A stretch of 56,648 nt of DNA from a virus (IMGVR_UViG_3300032225_002228:1-56648), one strand, 5' to 3'. Counted from the first letter of the stretch, positions 1 through 10,475 are shown. The notes: generated by a model not told the origin, from the letters alone. Program-made: numbers and translations.

Positions 1-2457
1 ATATCAGCATCTGCATCTGATTCAACTAAATTACCACTTGCCGGTGGCACCATGTCTGGTTCAATTGCTATGAGTAACAATGCTATTACTGGAGCAAATA
101 GTATTCAAGTAACAGGTCTAATCGGAGCAAATCAAAATCCTATTAGAATGGCAGGTGCTACAACTTCAGGTCCACCAATTTCCGGCACTTATGTTGTTGG
201 AGATTTTATAATAGATAATACAGCAACTATTTGGATTTGTACAGCATCAGGTACGCCGGGAACTTGGTCGCCAACAATTCAGTCAAGTTTAGTTAATCGT
301 AGTGCTACTGCAACGGCAGGCAATGGTGAACAAACTATATTTACAGGATCTACTCCCGGACAAACTATTACTCTTCCAGCTAATCCTCAAAATGGAGCCA
401 TTTATCAAATCAAAAACCTTTCATCTAATCTTGTTTATATTAATGGTGGCACTAATAGTATTTCTGTTTCAGGACAAATTCATCCACCATATTTTACTGC
501 AACTACTGCAGTTTCAGCAATTTTAACTAACATTTCTTCTTTTAATAATCTTGCAGTTGGCATGGCTCTAACCTCTACTTATGTACCAACTGGAACAACT
601 ATTTCAATACTTAATAGTCCTACCAATATTACAATGAGTGCTAATGCTACAACTGCAGCTTCTCTTCAAAATATTAAAGTTCTTGTAACTATTCCAATAA
701 ACACTGCTTATGGTTTTGTGTACAATAATTCTTTAAATACTTGGTATTTAATTAATACAACAGATCTTGCACAGATGGGTAATATTTTGCCTATTACAAA
801 GGGTGGCACTGGATTAAACTCAATTGGAACTGCAAATCAAGTATTAAAAGTTAATTCTACAGCAAGCGCATTAGAATGGTCAGATACTCCTCTTCCTGCT
901 ACTGCTTCATTTTCAAATATAACAGTATCTCCATCATCAAGTACAGCAGCAACAATGTCTGCAAATAGTGATAATCCCACATTAGTTGTCAAAAGGTATA
1001 ATTCAGCGCAATCGTCTGCAATTCAAGAATGGCAAACAGAATCCGGATCATCCCTAGCCGCAATATTTTCTGGCGGCACGTTTTACGCAGGAAACATTCG
1101 TGCTGGCACATCAGGCACACTTGGAGCAGTTCTAAACGCACAGGCTCCCACTGCTGGCACAACTATTGGTCTTGTTGTTCGTGGTGGCGCATCTCAGTCC
1201 GTTGACCTTCAACAATGGCAAAATAACGGCACTACAGTTTTAGCAAAAGTTGATTTATCAGGAAATATGACTGCCACATCATTTACAGGTTCAGGAACGG
1301 GGCTTACAGCAATTCCCGCTTCAGCAACAACAGGAACGGCGGTAACTCAGGCAGACCTACTGACAACATTCTTTGGATACCCAACAAATGGTTATGAAAC
1401 ATTTCCAAGATTAATGACTTCTACAGCCGGACAGCCTTCAAATCAACAACTTTCTTTAACACTTTTTACACCAATCAAAACAGTAACAATTTCTACTCTT
1501 AGTACAAATGCTACAACTTCTCGTTTAGACTATGGATATTCATCAGCTTATCGTGGTCAGGCAATTTATCAAATGACTGGAACAACTGCATCTCCCCTTG
1601 CAGTAACATGGGATGGAGACACATCTCTCTGGGTAATTAACAATATGACTGCAAGCAGTACGGCTACTAGCCTTACAACATCTGTAGCGTCAAATAGCAA
1701 TAACTTTACTATTGTTACTTGCACAGGAACAGGAGCATCGTTTACAACAGGACAATGGGTAAATATTACTGGAGGCACTGGAGGATTTACAGATTTTACT
1801 GGCAAAGTTGTCGGACTTCCAACAACAACTTCGTGGATATTGCAAGTCAGTGGTTCAGGAGTTGTTTCGGGAACAATGAATGGAGGAACTGCGTCAGGAA
1901 GAAGTTTAAGTCCTTCAACATGTACCATAACATCTGGAAGTATAACTTCAGGAACTGGAACTGTTGCTACTGCAAGTATTGTTTGTAATACAATGAGTAT
2001 TCCATTTTCTCCCGGAATTTATGTTAATATAGTTGGAAGTGTAAACAGTTTGGATGGCGTAGTTGCAGCATCTCCTGTGCCAACTGCAACATCTTTTACA
2101 ATTACCGCTCCATCCACATTAACATCAGGTAGCATAGGAACTGGAACTGCAACACAACCAGATGCTTGGGGCAGATATGTAAGAAAACTTTATGTTCCAA
2201 CGGCAGGAGGAACTGGAGTTGTAACACCAGCATCAGTGACATTAACTGCTGGAACTACATACGCAATTGGAACATTATCATCTCAAACAGGTGGAACAAC
2301 ATCTACACCCTCGCTCGCTGGCGCACCAAGTACAAGCGCAATGGGTTTCTTCAGTCCAATAATATCGCTAGGAGCTACGGGGCAAACTACAATTACATCA
2401 GCTTCTATAACAGTTGGCACTCAATCACCTCCAGTTCTATGGACACGAATGACATAA
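1..2457 (+). CDS. Tail fibre / minor tail protein, Ser/Thr/Gly-rich, 5'-truncated
   Basis: Frame is open from base 1 (ISASASDSTKLPLAGGTMSG), so the ATG at 52 is internal. LPLAGGTMSG and LPITKGGTG motifs are typical of phage fibre proteins. Confidence 0.7.
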   Translation: MSASASDSTKLPLAGGTMSGSIAMSNNAITGANSIQVTGLIGANQNPIRMAGATTSGPPISGTYVVGDFIIDNTATIWICTASGTPGTWSPTIQSSLVNRSATATAGNGEQTIFTGSTPGQTITLPANPQNGAIYQIKNLSSNLVYINGGTNSISVSGQIHPPYFTATTAVSAILTNISSFNNLAVGMALTSTYVPTGTTISILNSPTNITMSANATTAASLQNIKVLVTIPINTAYGFVYNNSLNTWYLINTTDLAQMGNILPITKGGTGLNSIGTANQVLKVNSTASALEWSDTPLPATASFSNITVSPSSSTAATMSANSDNPTLVVKRYNSAQSSAIQEWQTESGSSLAAIFSGGTFYAGNIRAGTSGTLGAVLNAQAPTAGTTIGLVVRGGASQSVDLQQWQNNGTTVLAKVDLSGNMTATSFTGSGTGLTAIPASATTGTAVTQADLLTTFFGYPTNGYETFPRLMTSTAGQPSNQQLSLTLFTPIKTVTISTLSTNATTSRLDYGYSSAYRGQAIYQMTGTTASPLAVTWDGDTSLWVINNMTASSTATSLTTSVASNSNNFTIVTCTGTGASFTTGQWVNITGGTGGFTDFTGKVVGLPTTTSWILQVSGSGVVSGTMNGGTASGRSLSPSTCTITSGSITSGTGTVATASIVCNTMSIPFSPGIYVNIVGSVNSLDGVVAASPVPTATSFTITAPSTLTSGSIGTGTATQPDAWGRYVRKLYVPTAGGTGVVTPASVTLTAGTTYAIGTLSSQTGGTTSTPSLAGAPSTSAMGFFSPIISLGATGQTTITSASITVGTQSPPVLWTRMT

Positions 2458-2489
2458 TGATTGCATTACTATATGATTAGGAGAAATGA

Positions 2490-3347
2490 ATGCCAATTAC
2501 ATTAGGAATATTAGCCATTCCAACAACTACAGCAACTTGGCAAAGTCAGACATTTACATCTACTGGAACATGGACAAAACCTTCTGGAGTTTCTTCTGTT
2601 GAAGTTCTTGTTGTAGCGGGAGGTGGAGGTGGTGGAGATAGTGGATTTTTCTTTTCAAGCATTTCAAACCAAGATAAAGGTTCTGGAGGTGGAGGAGGCG
2701 CTGGTGGAATGGTTTATGCATCAGCAGTTTCAGTATCAGGAAATGTAACTGTAACAATAGGAAATGGTGGAACTGGAAGTTCAACTGGAAGTGATTCTTC
2801 ATTTGGGGCATCTGTAATTGCAAAAGGAGGTGGCTCTGGTGGTGCATATGGAAACCTTGGGTCACCTGCCGATGGCGGCTCAGGTGGAAATGGTGGTGGT
2901 GGAGATGCCTATAAATTTGGTTCAACATCTCAAATAAATGGTTCTGGTGGAACTGTTGTTGCTGGAACTGGTGGAACCTCTTATGGAAATATTGGAGGTG
3001 CTGGAACCAATCTTGCAGCAGGTGGTGGAGGTGGTGGTGCCTCAGCAGCTGGGTCAGGAAATATAACAACAGCTGGCGGCGCAGGTGGAAATGGAAGATC
3101 AGTGACTTGGACAGACTCAACCACATCATCCACATATGCTGGCGGCGGATCTGGAGGCGGAACGACTACTGGAACTGCTGGAACTGGTGGAGGAGGAACA
3201 GGTGGAACATCTTCAAATAATGGTGGAAATGCTACTGCCAATACTGGCGGTGGAGGTGGAGGTGGAGGCAATGCTGTTTCTCAAAATACATTCTTCACTG
3301 GTGGCAATGGCGGATCTGGTATAGTTATAGTAAGGTGGCTAGCATAA
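2490..3347 (+). CDS. Glycine-rich virion-associated protein
   Basis: AGGAG RBS; pattern TFTSTGTWTKP..VEVLVVAGGGGG...GGNGGSGIVIVRW of phage glycine-rich proteins. Confidence 0.7.
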   Translation: MPITLGILAIPTTTATWQSQTFTSTGTWTKPSGVSSVEVLVVAGGGGGGDSGFFFSSISNQDKGSGGGGGAGGMVYASAVSVSGNVTVTIGNGGTGSSTGSDSSFGASVIAKGGGSGGAYGNLGSPADGGSGGNGGGGDAYKFGSTSQINGSGGTVVAGTGGTSYGNIGGAGTNLAAGGGGGGASAAGSGNITTAGGAGGNGRSVTWTDSTTSSTYAGGGSGGGTTTGTAGTGGGGTGGTSSNNGGNATANTGGGGGGGGNAVSQNTFFTGGNGGSGIVIVRWLA

Positions 3348-3556
3348 TGGAGCATTTAGAAGAGCATCCTCATGCATTTATTAATGAAAATAATATAGTA
3401 ATTAGTGTTTTAGTTTTTTCAAATCATGACACACAACTTTTGACGGATGTAAAAGAATTGCTTAATGCATCTGATAGTATTTGTTGTTGTGACAATGGGC
3501 TTGCAAATATTAATTGGATATGGGATAATGGCACTTGGGTAATTCCTACAAAATAA
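3347..3556 (+). CDS. Hypothetical protein (possible tail-fibre accessory)
   Basis: ATG overlaps upstream TAA; small W-rich protein after the Gly-rich gene. Confidence 0.55.
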   Translation: MEHLEEHPHAFINENNIVISVLVFSNHDTQLLTDVKELLNASDSICCCDNGLANINWIWDNGTWVIPTK

Positions 3557-3562
3557 ATAATT

Positions 3563-3571
3563 TGATATAAT
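3563..3571 (+). promoter_or_regulatory. Extended -10 promoter TGATATAAT
   Basis: TGnTATAAT about 30 nt before ATG 3601. Confidence 0.6.
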
Positions 3572-3600
3572 ATATACACTACTAGAAAGGTCTAAAACCT

Positions 3601-3804
3601 ATGGAACAGCAAAATCAACAAACAACGCTAGAGCTTATTGTACAAGAATTGCAGAACAGAATTGGTCAAGTAACAACTAATTATGAGATGCAAATGGCAA
3701 TTCTTAAGGCGCAGGTAACACAAGAGTTGCAAAACAAAGATAGGCAAATTCAGTCACTTCAGGAAGCATTGAATGCTAAGACGCAAGAACCAGCCTCAGA
3801 ATGA
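3601..3804 (+). CDS. Hypothetical coiled-coil protein
   Basis: ORF with GAAAGG RBS, Q/L heptads. Confidence 0.7.
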   Translation: MEQQNQQTTLELIVQELQNRIGQVTTNYEMQMAILKAQVTQELQNKDRQIQSLQEALNAKTQEPASE

Positions 3805-4171
3805 GATTAGCACTTTTGTCCCAAGTGGCTTGATAGCGCATACAGAAAAAGGATATTTTTATGTTAAAGGTTTGAAGAGATTTAAATTTTCTTCAGACCG
3901 CGCAAGAGACAGCTGGAATTTAAAGATTATTGAGACAAAAGAGGCTTATATTGCAAACATAAAAATATCTGGTATAGTTGGTTTTAGAGATGGCACTTTG
4001 ATTAAAGATATTTCTAATTCCAAAATTTATTTAATTTCTGACAATCTTAAAAGACATATTGTTAGTCCAGATGTTTTTAAGATTTTGGGATATACAAAGT
4101 CTGATGTTGTTAAAGTTTCGCAGTCAGAAACATCATTTCATAAAGAAGGAGAAGAATTAAATGGCAAATAA
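3773..4171 (+). CDS. Hypothetical protein
   Basis: ORF tiling with neighbours; start uncertain. Confidence 0.65.
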   Translation: MLRRKNQPQNEISTFVPSGLIAHTEKGYFYVKGLKRFKFSSDRARDSWNLKIIETKEAYIANIKISGIVGFRDGTLIKDISNSKIYLISDNLKRHIVSPDVFKILGYTKSDVVKVSQSETSFHKEGEELNGK

Positions 4172-4610
4172 TTTAATTTTTACTGCAAATGATATTAATT
4201 CATTGCAAGATAGAGTGGGCATTGTTGAGCAAAGGTTTGATATCAAGAATGCAAAGCATAATAATAAAGGTACGGTTACTGATTATACAACTGCTCCCAA
4301 TACTTCAAATGCTTCTTTAAAAATTTATTCTGCAGCATTATCAATTGATATTCCACAAAATGTTAATAAACAGGATGTAAAATTACTTGGAGATGGAGAC
4401 GGCGGAATTTTTACATATAAAGGTTTAACATTTAGTACCCCTCCAGCGGTTACTTTATCTATAAACGCTCAAGGAGGCTACTGGGTAACTACAAACAATA
4501 TTACCGCAGCAGGAACTGAAATTTATTTTCACGCTAGAGCCGCCGCGCAAGCAAAAAAAAGTATTTTCCCTAAAAAAATATCTCTTTCCATAATAGCTAT
4601 TGGCTACTAA
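4161..4610 (+). CDS. Hypothetical protein (beta-rich C-terminus ending IAIGY, fibre-tip-like)
   Basis: AGGAG RBS; FSTPPAV...IAIGY pattern. Confidence 0.55.
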   Translation: MANNLIFTANDINSLQDRVGIVEQRFDIKNAKHNNKGTVTDYTTAPNTSNASLKIYSAALSIDIPQNVNKQDVKLLGDGDGGIFTYKGLTFSTPPAVTLSINAQGGYWVTTNNITAAGTEIYFHARAAAQAKKSIFPKKISLSIIAIGY

Positions 4611-4623
4611 ACTAAGGAATAAA

Positions 4624-5379
4624 ATGACAAATGACATCAAATGGATGATGGTTTCGGACGTTCACTTTCCACGCCATGATTCAAGAAAAGTAGAATTGTT
4701 TTTAAAAGTAATGAAAGCTTGGAAACCAGACGCTGTTGATTTGCTAGGAGACATTGATGATGCAGATTCAACAAGCCGATGGGCTTCCGAGTATCCGCTT
4801 GAATTTTCAGTTCCTGTTGGAGACGGCGGCGTTGAGGGAACAAAACAATTTCTAAAAGAAATTAATAAAATTGTTCCAAAAGCAGATAAACATTTTCATG
4901 ATGGAAATCATGGGTGGACAAGGCATGGAGATTATCTAGCAAAAAAAGCACCAGCCTTCTTGGAAATGATCACTCCAGACTCTTTGTATGATTACAAAAA
5001 TGCAGGGTTTGAATGGCATTACTACAATCAAGCTCCAGTACATCGCTTTGGCGATATGTACGCGCATCATGGAGAATCAATTTCGAAGCATGCAGGAGAG
5101 TCTGTACGCAATGATGTAAACAATTGGGGAGTGTCTCTTGTAAGAGGTCACTCTCATAGAATGGGTTCTTATTTCCAGACATATAATATAACTGGACAAG
5201 AGTTGCGCGGGTTTGAAGTTGGTCACCTGTGCGATGAAACAAAAATGGATTATACAATCCAAAAGAATTGGCAACCCGGATTTGCTATTGCACATGTTGT
5301 AAATGACTATCCATTTATTGAGCTAATTCAAATACATGATTACACTTGTGTAGTCGATGGAAAAATATTTAAGTCATAG
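4624..5379 (+). CDS. Calcineurin-like metallophosphoesterase
   Basis: Motifs SDVH, GDIDD, GNH, HHG, GHSH. Confidence 0.85.
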   Translation: MTNDIKWMMVSDVHFPRHDSRKVELFLKVMKAWKPDAVDLLGDIDDADSTSRWASEYPLEFSVPVGDGGVEGTKQFLKEINKIVPKADKHFHDGNHGWTRHGDYLAKKAPAFLEMITPDSLYDYKNAGFEWHYYNQAPVHRFGDMYAHHGESISKHAGESVRNDVNNWGVSLVRGHSHRMGSYFQTYNITGQELRGFEVGHLCDETKMDYTIQKNWQPGFAIAHVVNDYPFIELIQIHDYTCVVDGKIFKS

Positions 5380-5387
5380 GAGGACTT

Positions 5388-5705
5388 ATGTTAAATAATG
5401 TACAAACAGAATCGGTATTATACGCAGTACTTGGCGTATTTGTAGCGATTACAACTTCTTTTTTAAAAAATGCTAATTGGTCTCCAAAATCCAAGCAAAC
5501 ACTTACTGTAATTTTAAGTACTTTAGCAGGTTGGGTTTCAACTTATTTTGAGGCACATGGAACTGCAGACCTTACAAGCATTGCAAAGAACACTGCATAT
5601 GCGTATGCAGTGTCACAAATATTCTATGGTTATCTATTAAAAGATTCAACTATTAACGAATGGCTTGTAAAGTTTAATTTGCTTCAAAGCAGAAAAAAAA
5701 GCTAA
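5388..5705 (+). CDS. Holin-like membrane protein
   Basis: AGGAGG RBS, three hydrophobic segments, basic C-terminus. Confidence 0.55.
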   Translation: MLNNVQTESVLYAVLGVFVAITTSFLKNANWSPKSKQTLTVILSTLAGWVSTYFEAHGTADLTSIAKNTAYAYAVSQIFYGYLLKDSTINEWLVKFNLLQSRKKS

Positions 5706-5706
5706 A

Positions 5707-5907
5707 ATGATTACTATGTGGTGTAAAGCCTGCAAAGGTAGAGTTTTTATTGACAGGGTGTTCACTACAGAAACTAGATTTGAGCTTTTTTGCATAGCTT
5801 GTGGAAACAGATGGATGTTGAGAAAAGATAGGAATGCATTTACAAAATGGCTAGCAAAAATAGAAAAGGACCTAGAAAGAATGAAAAATGGAACTACTTC
5901 TTCTTAA
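5707..5907 (+). CDS. Small Zn-ribbon protein
   Basis: CxxC...CxxC. Confidence 0.65.
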   Translation: MITMWCKACKGRVFIDRVFTTETRFELFCIACGNRWMLRKDRNAFTKWLAKIEKDLERMKNGTTSS

Positions 5908-6368
5908 ATGGTCAGTTGCATAAAACGCTGCAAACTAAAAGGTCTGAAGATCTAATAGTTGCATGGAACTATCTTGAGGGTAGGCGCGTAGCTTATAGTT
6001 TATCAGATGTATATATGCGTAGGACCCGCGCCTACTCAGTCCCTCAAACCGCTAAGATTTTAAAAAGGCATGTAGATAGTATTAAAAGACATTTTAGGCA
6101 AGGAAACATTAAAAAACCTCAAATGGCTTATTCGCTAGATGGTCAAAAAATTCCAAAGCGGGGATTTTACAATGAAGATGATATAAGAGATATGTATATG
6201 TTCTTTAAAGATGTACATATAGGAAGACCTCGTAAAGATGGTCAAATAAATAATAGAGATTATATGAGCAAGGCAGAACTTGAAGCTTTGCTTAGAAATG
6301 AAAAAATATTATATACTAAGATTGATGATGAAACTTTTGTCCCTGTGTGGAAACAACCAGAATGGTAG
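5847..6368 (+). CDS. HTH DNA-binding protein
   Basis: YSVPQTAKILKRHVDSIKR resembles a MerR/excisionase-type HTH; GRPRK AT-hook-like motif. Confidence 0.6.
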   Translation: MASKNRKGPRKNEKWNYFFLNGQLHKTLQTKRSEDLIVAWNYLEGRRVAYSLSDVYMRRTRAYSVPQTAKILKRHVDSIKRHFRQGNIKKPQMAYSLDGQKIPKRGFYNEDDIRDMYMFFKDVHIGRPRKDGQINNRDYMSKAELEALLRNEKILYTKIDDETFVPVWKQPEW

Positions 6369-6374
6369 GATTTA

Positions 6375-6590
6375 ATGCCAAAACCTAAAAGCTATAGAGA
6401 AGATTTATTGCAAAAATCAGTATCAATGCTTGAAGATATTTATGAAATTGCAAAGAAAAAAGAAGATACCGAAACAATGACATCAGTATCTGATAGAATA
6501 TGTCTTTTGTATGAAAAAGAAATGGATATAGAAACAGATACAAAATCCGCCACAGGATTTACAATCATAGGTAAGGATGAAGATGAGTGA
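6375..6590 (+). CDS. Hypothetical protein
   Basis: ORF with AGGA RBS. Confidence 0.65.
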   Translation: MPKPKSYREDLLQKSVSMLEDIYEIAKKKEDTETMTSVSDRICLLYEKEMDIETDTKSATGFTIIGKDEDE

Positions 6591-6807
6591 ATTAAAACCT
6601 AAAGAATTAAAAACAACAAGCGTAAGGGTGGAACTGCAATATGTACGAAATCTTGGTAACTATGAGAGCATTCGCGTATCAATCGGAGTTGAAGATAATG
6701 TCCGAGTTGACGAGAATGTCAATTCCGCCACAGACAGAGTTTATAAATTTGTTGAAGATAAACTTGTTGAAAAAATGGAAGAGATTGAGAAAGAATTAAA
6801 ATCATGA
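6583..6807 (+). CDS. Hypothetical protein
   Basis: ORF with RNLGNYESIRV segment, coupled to neighbours. Confidence 0.7.
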   Translation: MSELKPKELKTTSVRVELQYVRNLGNYESIRVSIGVEDNVRVDENVNSATDRVYKFVEDKLVEKMEEIEKELKS

Positions 6808-6917
6808 TAAACTGTGATCACATATGGAAAGTGTCCGAATGGGCAGTAAATAAAGAAACATTTAATTTTGATCCCAAATACATTTGCATGAAGTGCGAGC
6901 AGCTAAAGGAAAACTGA
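6804..6917 (+). CDS. 37-aa Zn-binding microprotein (not in ORF track)
   Basis: ATGA overlap; MINCDHIW...CMKCE fills the gap exactly. Confidence 0.5.
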   Translation: MINCDHIWKVSEWAVNKETFNFDPKYICMKCEQLKEN

Positions 6918-6918
6918 T

Positions 6919-7242
6919 ATGACAAAAGACGATGCAAGCAAGGCTTACCAATTGGTAAGCCTTTATCTATCTTTATATAAAGAAAAATACAATAAAACAG
7001 TTATTGTCAACAGGCACAAAGAAAAATGGGCAATGGCTGATGTTATTGATAGTGTCGGATTTGAAAAAGCCAAGGAGCTTTTAACTTATTATTTTAATAT
7101 TTCAAAAAGTGGTCATCCATTGCAATGGTTTTTGTATAATTTTGAGCGACTTGATATTTTGCTTTTAGCAAAAAAGGATGATGAAGAAAAACGTAGTAGA
7201 ATGAGGGAGCTAACAAAGAGAATGGTGGAAGACAATGAATAA
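6919..7242 (+). CDS. Hypothetical protein upstream of helicase
   Basis: ORF overlapping the dnaB start. Confidence 0.7.
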   Translation: MTKDDASKAYQLVSLYLSLYKEKYNKTVIVNRHKEKWAMADVIDSVGFEKAKELLTYYFNISKSGHPLQWFLYNFERLDILLLAKKDDEEKRSRMRELTKRMVEDNE

Positions 7243-8458
7243 TGAAGCTGCATTAATTTCTTCTATATGCAAGAATAAAGATATCTCTGTCGTAATGGCA
7301 GATAATGTAGATGATATTTTTACTTCACACAAAGATGTATGGGAAGGTCTAAAGTCTTATTATTACAAATTTAGGTCAATTCCAGATGCTAGTATTCTTG
7401 TTGAAAAATTTACAGACTTTGATCCAGTAGAAACAAAAGCAGAAACAGGCTACTACTTGGAGCAAGTTAAAAATGAATACCTTACTGCTAAAATTCGTTC
7501 GGTTTTGTTAAATGCAGGAAATGGAATTAAAGCTCATTCTGCATCTAAAATCATTGGAGACATGCAAAAAGAATTAAGCGTTCTAAGCAGAATGACTAAT
7601 AATGTGCGTGACCTTGATTTGACAGACTACGGGCTGGCTGAAAAACATTTTGAGTCAGTTCGTGACCGTTCTGCAGCAATGGGTGGAAGTCCGGGAATTA
7701 TGACAGGGTTTAAAGCTATTGATTATGCCTATCCCACAGGCATGGCTCCCGGTCACCTAATTGTTATGATTGGATGGGCAGGTCGTGGAAAGACTTGGAT
7801 GAGTTCTTATCTTGCATGTAAAGCGTGGGAACAAGGTTTTAAACCTATGATTGTTTCTCTTGAAATGACTCCTGAAAACATGCGCGACCGAATTTACACT
7901 ATGCTGGGAAGCGGCTTGTTTAGGGCTTCAGATTTTTCCAGGGGTGCTGTTGATATTGACAGGTTTGGAGAGTGGGCTAAAACAAAATTTAACAATACCA
8001 ACAACTTTATTCTTGTGTCTAATGAAGGAACAGGAGAAGTAACTCCTCAAACTGTACAGGCAAAAATTGATCAGCACAAGCCCGACTTGGTTATTTTGGA
8101 TTATCATCAGCTATTTAATGACAGCAAGAAGTCTAATTCTGAGGTTGAGCGTAATCGAAACATTTCTCGTGAGTTTAAATTGCTTGCTGTTCGAAACAAT
8201 ATTCCAGTTATTGATATTACCGCTGCAACAATGGATGATATTTCAGATCAAGATGCTCCACCTCTGTTGTCACAAGTTGCTTGGTCTAAAGCAATTGAAT
8301 ATGATGCTGATATGGCTATGGCTGTACATCGTAATCCCGATTCAAATATTATTGAGGTAGTATCACGAAAAAATCGACACGGTACAGAATTTGCTTTCTA
8401 TCTTGATTGGGATATTAACAGAGGTATTGTTAAAGAAATCTATGATGATATGTCGTAA
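7235..8458 (+). CDS. dnaB: DnaB-like replicative helicase
   Basis: Walker A GWAGRGKT, SLEM, ILDY, IEYDAD, KNRHG. Confidence 0.92.
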   Translation: MNNEAALISSICKNKDISVVMADNVDDIFTSHKDVWEGLKSYYYKFRSIPDASILVEKFTDFDPVETKAETGYYLEQVKNEYLTAKIRSVLLNAGNGIKAHSASKIIGDMQKELSVLSRMTNNVRDLDLTDYGLAEKHFESVRDRSAAMGGSPGIMTGFKAIDYAYPTGMAPGHLIVMIGWAGRGKTWMSSYLACKAWEQGFKPMIVSLEMTPENMRDRIYTMLGSGLFRASDFSRGAVDIDRFGEWAKTKFNNTNNFILVSNEGTGEVTPQTVQAKIDQHKPDLVILDYHQLFNDSKKSNSEVERNRNISREFKLLAVRNNIPVIDITAATMDDISDQDAPPLLSQVAWSKAIEYDADMAMAVHRNPDSNIIEVVSRKNRHGTEFAFYLDWDINRGIVKEIYDDMS

Positions 8459-8471
8459 AAGTCCGTTTAGC

Positions 8472-8480
8472 TGATATAAT
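8472..8480 (+). promoter_or_regulatory. Extended -10 promoter TGATATAAT (probably leaderless mRNA)
   Basis: Ends 6 nt before ATG 8487. Confidence 0.55.
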
Positions 8481-8486
8481 TTATGC

Positions 8487-8762
8487 ATGAACAAGAATAT
8501 ACATAATTTTACAACAGCAGGTGTAATTAAAGATGATTCTTTAATCATTAAATCAAGAGAACATTTTGAAAGACTTCTTGTTCAAAGAATGAGAGATGGC
8601 GGATATGTTCCAGTTCTTGACATGTTGCCACAATTTAATTTAAAGTATAATTCTGATATTAATAATTTTTCTTTTGTGCTTACAATGTTTGCAGTATATG
8701 TAGGCAAAAAAAAATCATATCAAGTAGAAGGTTTTTCCGGTCAAGATTTTATAAAAAGATAG
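8487..8762 (+). CDS. Hypothetical protein
   Basis: ORF between helicase and primase. Confidence 0.7.
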   Translation: MNKNIHNFTTAGVIKDDSLIIKSREHFERLLVQRMRDGGYVPVLDMLPQFNLKYNSDINNFSFVLTMFAVYVGKKKSYQVEGFSGQDFIKR

Positions 8763-8769
8763 GAAATCA

Positions 8770-9729
8770 ATGAACAAAACATATAATAAATCCGATATTC
8801 GGGCTATTTTGTCTACCCTAAAAATAGATATTGAGTCAGACACCGCAAAAGATTTTCTTTGCCTCTGTCCATTTCATAATAACAGAAATACGCCATCTTT
8901 TGAAGTTAACTATTACTCCGGTCTATATTTATGTTTTAATCCATCTTGTGGTGAAAGAGGAACATTAAATGCTTTAATTGCTAAAATAACAGGTAAAAAT
9001 GAATTTGAGTCATTAAGATTTATATATCAAATTGTTGGAGACAAAAAAATGGATATCGAGCAAGAACTTGAATTATTGCTTGAAGAAGAAAAGCCATTGC
9101 CAACATTTCCTTCAGAAAAAATTGTAGAAATGTGTCGTGACTTGCGGGATAACGAAGAAGCTTGGAAATATTTATCATCAAGAGGAATTAATCCTATTAC
9201 TCAAACAGAATTTCAAATGGGATATTCCGAAAAGCAGGAGATGGTTGTAGTTCCACTCAGAATGCCTGACGGACAATGCGTTGGAATTATTGGCAGGGCT
9301 ATCAAAGGTAAAGAGTTTAAAAATAGCAAGAATCTGCCACGAAATAAAACACTATTTAATCTGCAAAACGCCAAAAAACATGGTGGCAGAATTATTGTTT
9401 GCGAATCATCATTTGATGCTATGAGAATTCATCAAGCAGGATTTCCTAATGTGGTAGCTACTTTAGGTGGAAATATTTCAAAAGAAAATATTCAAAACTT
9501 GAATAAATATGCAACATCCATTATTATTATGACTGATGCAGATGATGCAGGAAGAAAATTAGGGCAAGACATTGCACAAAAACTTCCCAATAAAGAAATC
9601 TTGTGGGGGTCGTATCAATATGGTATGATATACCCTAACAATGCAAAAGATGCAGGCGACATGACAGATGAAGAAATTCGTCAATGTATTAACAATGCCA
9701 TGCATCACTACGAATACGCAATGCTATAA
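8770..9729 (+). CDS. dnaG: DnaG-type DNA primase
   Basis: CPFH..C zinc finger; TOPRIM motifs ESSFD and DADDAG. Confidence 0.9.
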   Translation: MNKTYNKSDIRAILSTLKIDIESDTAKDFLCLCPFHNNRNTPSFEVNYYSGLYLCFNPSCGERGTLNALIAKITGKNEFESLRFIYQIVGDKKMDIEQELELLLEEEKPLPTFPSEKIVEMCRDLRDNEEAWKYLSSRGINPITQTEFQMGYSEKQEMVVVPLRMPDGQCVGIIGRAIKGKEFKNSKNLPRNKTLFNLQNAKKHGGRIIVCESSFDAMRIHQAGFPNVVATLGGNISKENIQNLNKYATSIIIMTDADDAGRKLGQDIAQKLPNKEILWGSYQYGMIYPNNAKDAGDMTDEEIRQCINNAMHHYEYAML

Positions 9730-9730
9730 T
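9722..9730 (+). promoter_or_regulatory. Extended -10 promoter TGCTATAAT
   Basis: Upstream of SSB gene, which has an AAGGAG RBS. Confidence 0.6.
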
Positions 9731-9776
9731 AGAGTAAGAAGGGCATCCTATAGCCCACTACAGAAGGAGATATAAT

Positions 9777-10442
9777 ATGGGTATCGTAAAGGGTTTATCC
9801 CAAATGAATAAGGCACTGGACAAGCCTACTATGTCGTCAGCGGACGGTCCAAAAGGTCGCTGGCTAAAACTTGACGATGGTCAAAGCGTCAAGATTCGCT
9901 TTCTTCAGGAGCTTGATCCTGATTCAAAGAACTACAACCCTAAGTTGGGTGTAGGATTTATTGCAATTGAACACACTAACCCAAAGGACTACCGCCGCAA
10001 GGCTCTTTGTAGCATTGACGACCAAGGTCGTTGCTTTGGTTGTGAAATGCATCGGCGTGATATGAAGGCAGGCTGGAAAGGTCGCAGTCGTCTATACACC
10101 AATATTTTGGTTGATGATGGCAGCGAAGAGCCTTATGTTGCTATTTTTTCTCAGGGTGCAGGTCCCAAATCTGCTACTCCAGAAATTATCCAATATGCAG
10201 GAGAAACAGGCAGCATCACAGATGTCATCTGGCGCTTAAAGCGTACAGGAGAAAAAACAGATACTAACTACAGCATTATTCCTCTTCCTGCTGCTAATGC
10301 TGAACCAATTGATCCAAGTCTTGAACTGTTTGAGCTTGAAAAGGTCGCAGTTCGTGATGTTCCTTATGCAGAGCAAGAGTCATTTTACACAGGCAATGCA
10401 TCAGGAGAAGCAGGTTCCACTTCATCATCCGTTGAGTGGTAA
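9777..10442 (+). CDS. Single-stranded DNA-binding protein (gp32-like)
   Basis: KLDDGQSVKIRFL, H/C Zn ligands, RTGEKTDTNY, flexible tail ending in W; position after primase. Confidence 0.75.
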   Translation: MGIVKGLSQMNKALDKPTMSSADGPKGRWLKLDDGQSVKIRFLQELDPDSKNYNPKLGVGFIAIEHTNPKDYRRKALCSIDDQGRCFGCEMHRRDMKAGWKGRSRLYTNILVDDGSEEPYVAIFSQGAGPKSATPEIIQYAGETGSITDVIWRLKRTGEKTDTNYSIIPLPAANAEPIDPSLELFELEKVAVRDVPYAEQESFYTGNASGEAGSTSSSVEW

Positions 10443-10445
10443 TAA

Positions 10446-10475
10446 TTGACAACAAATAGTGTGTGGTGGTAGTAT
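10446..10475 (+). promoter_or_regulatory. Sigma70-type promoter TTGACA-18-TAGTAT overlapping a hairpin
   Basis: TTGACA 10446-10451, TGG-TAGTAT 10467-10475. Confidence 0.6.

Noticed and set aside
2560-3271. Minus-strand His-rich and Pro-rich ORFs
   Set aside because: Shadows of GGT/GGA glycine codons of the + strand gene
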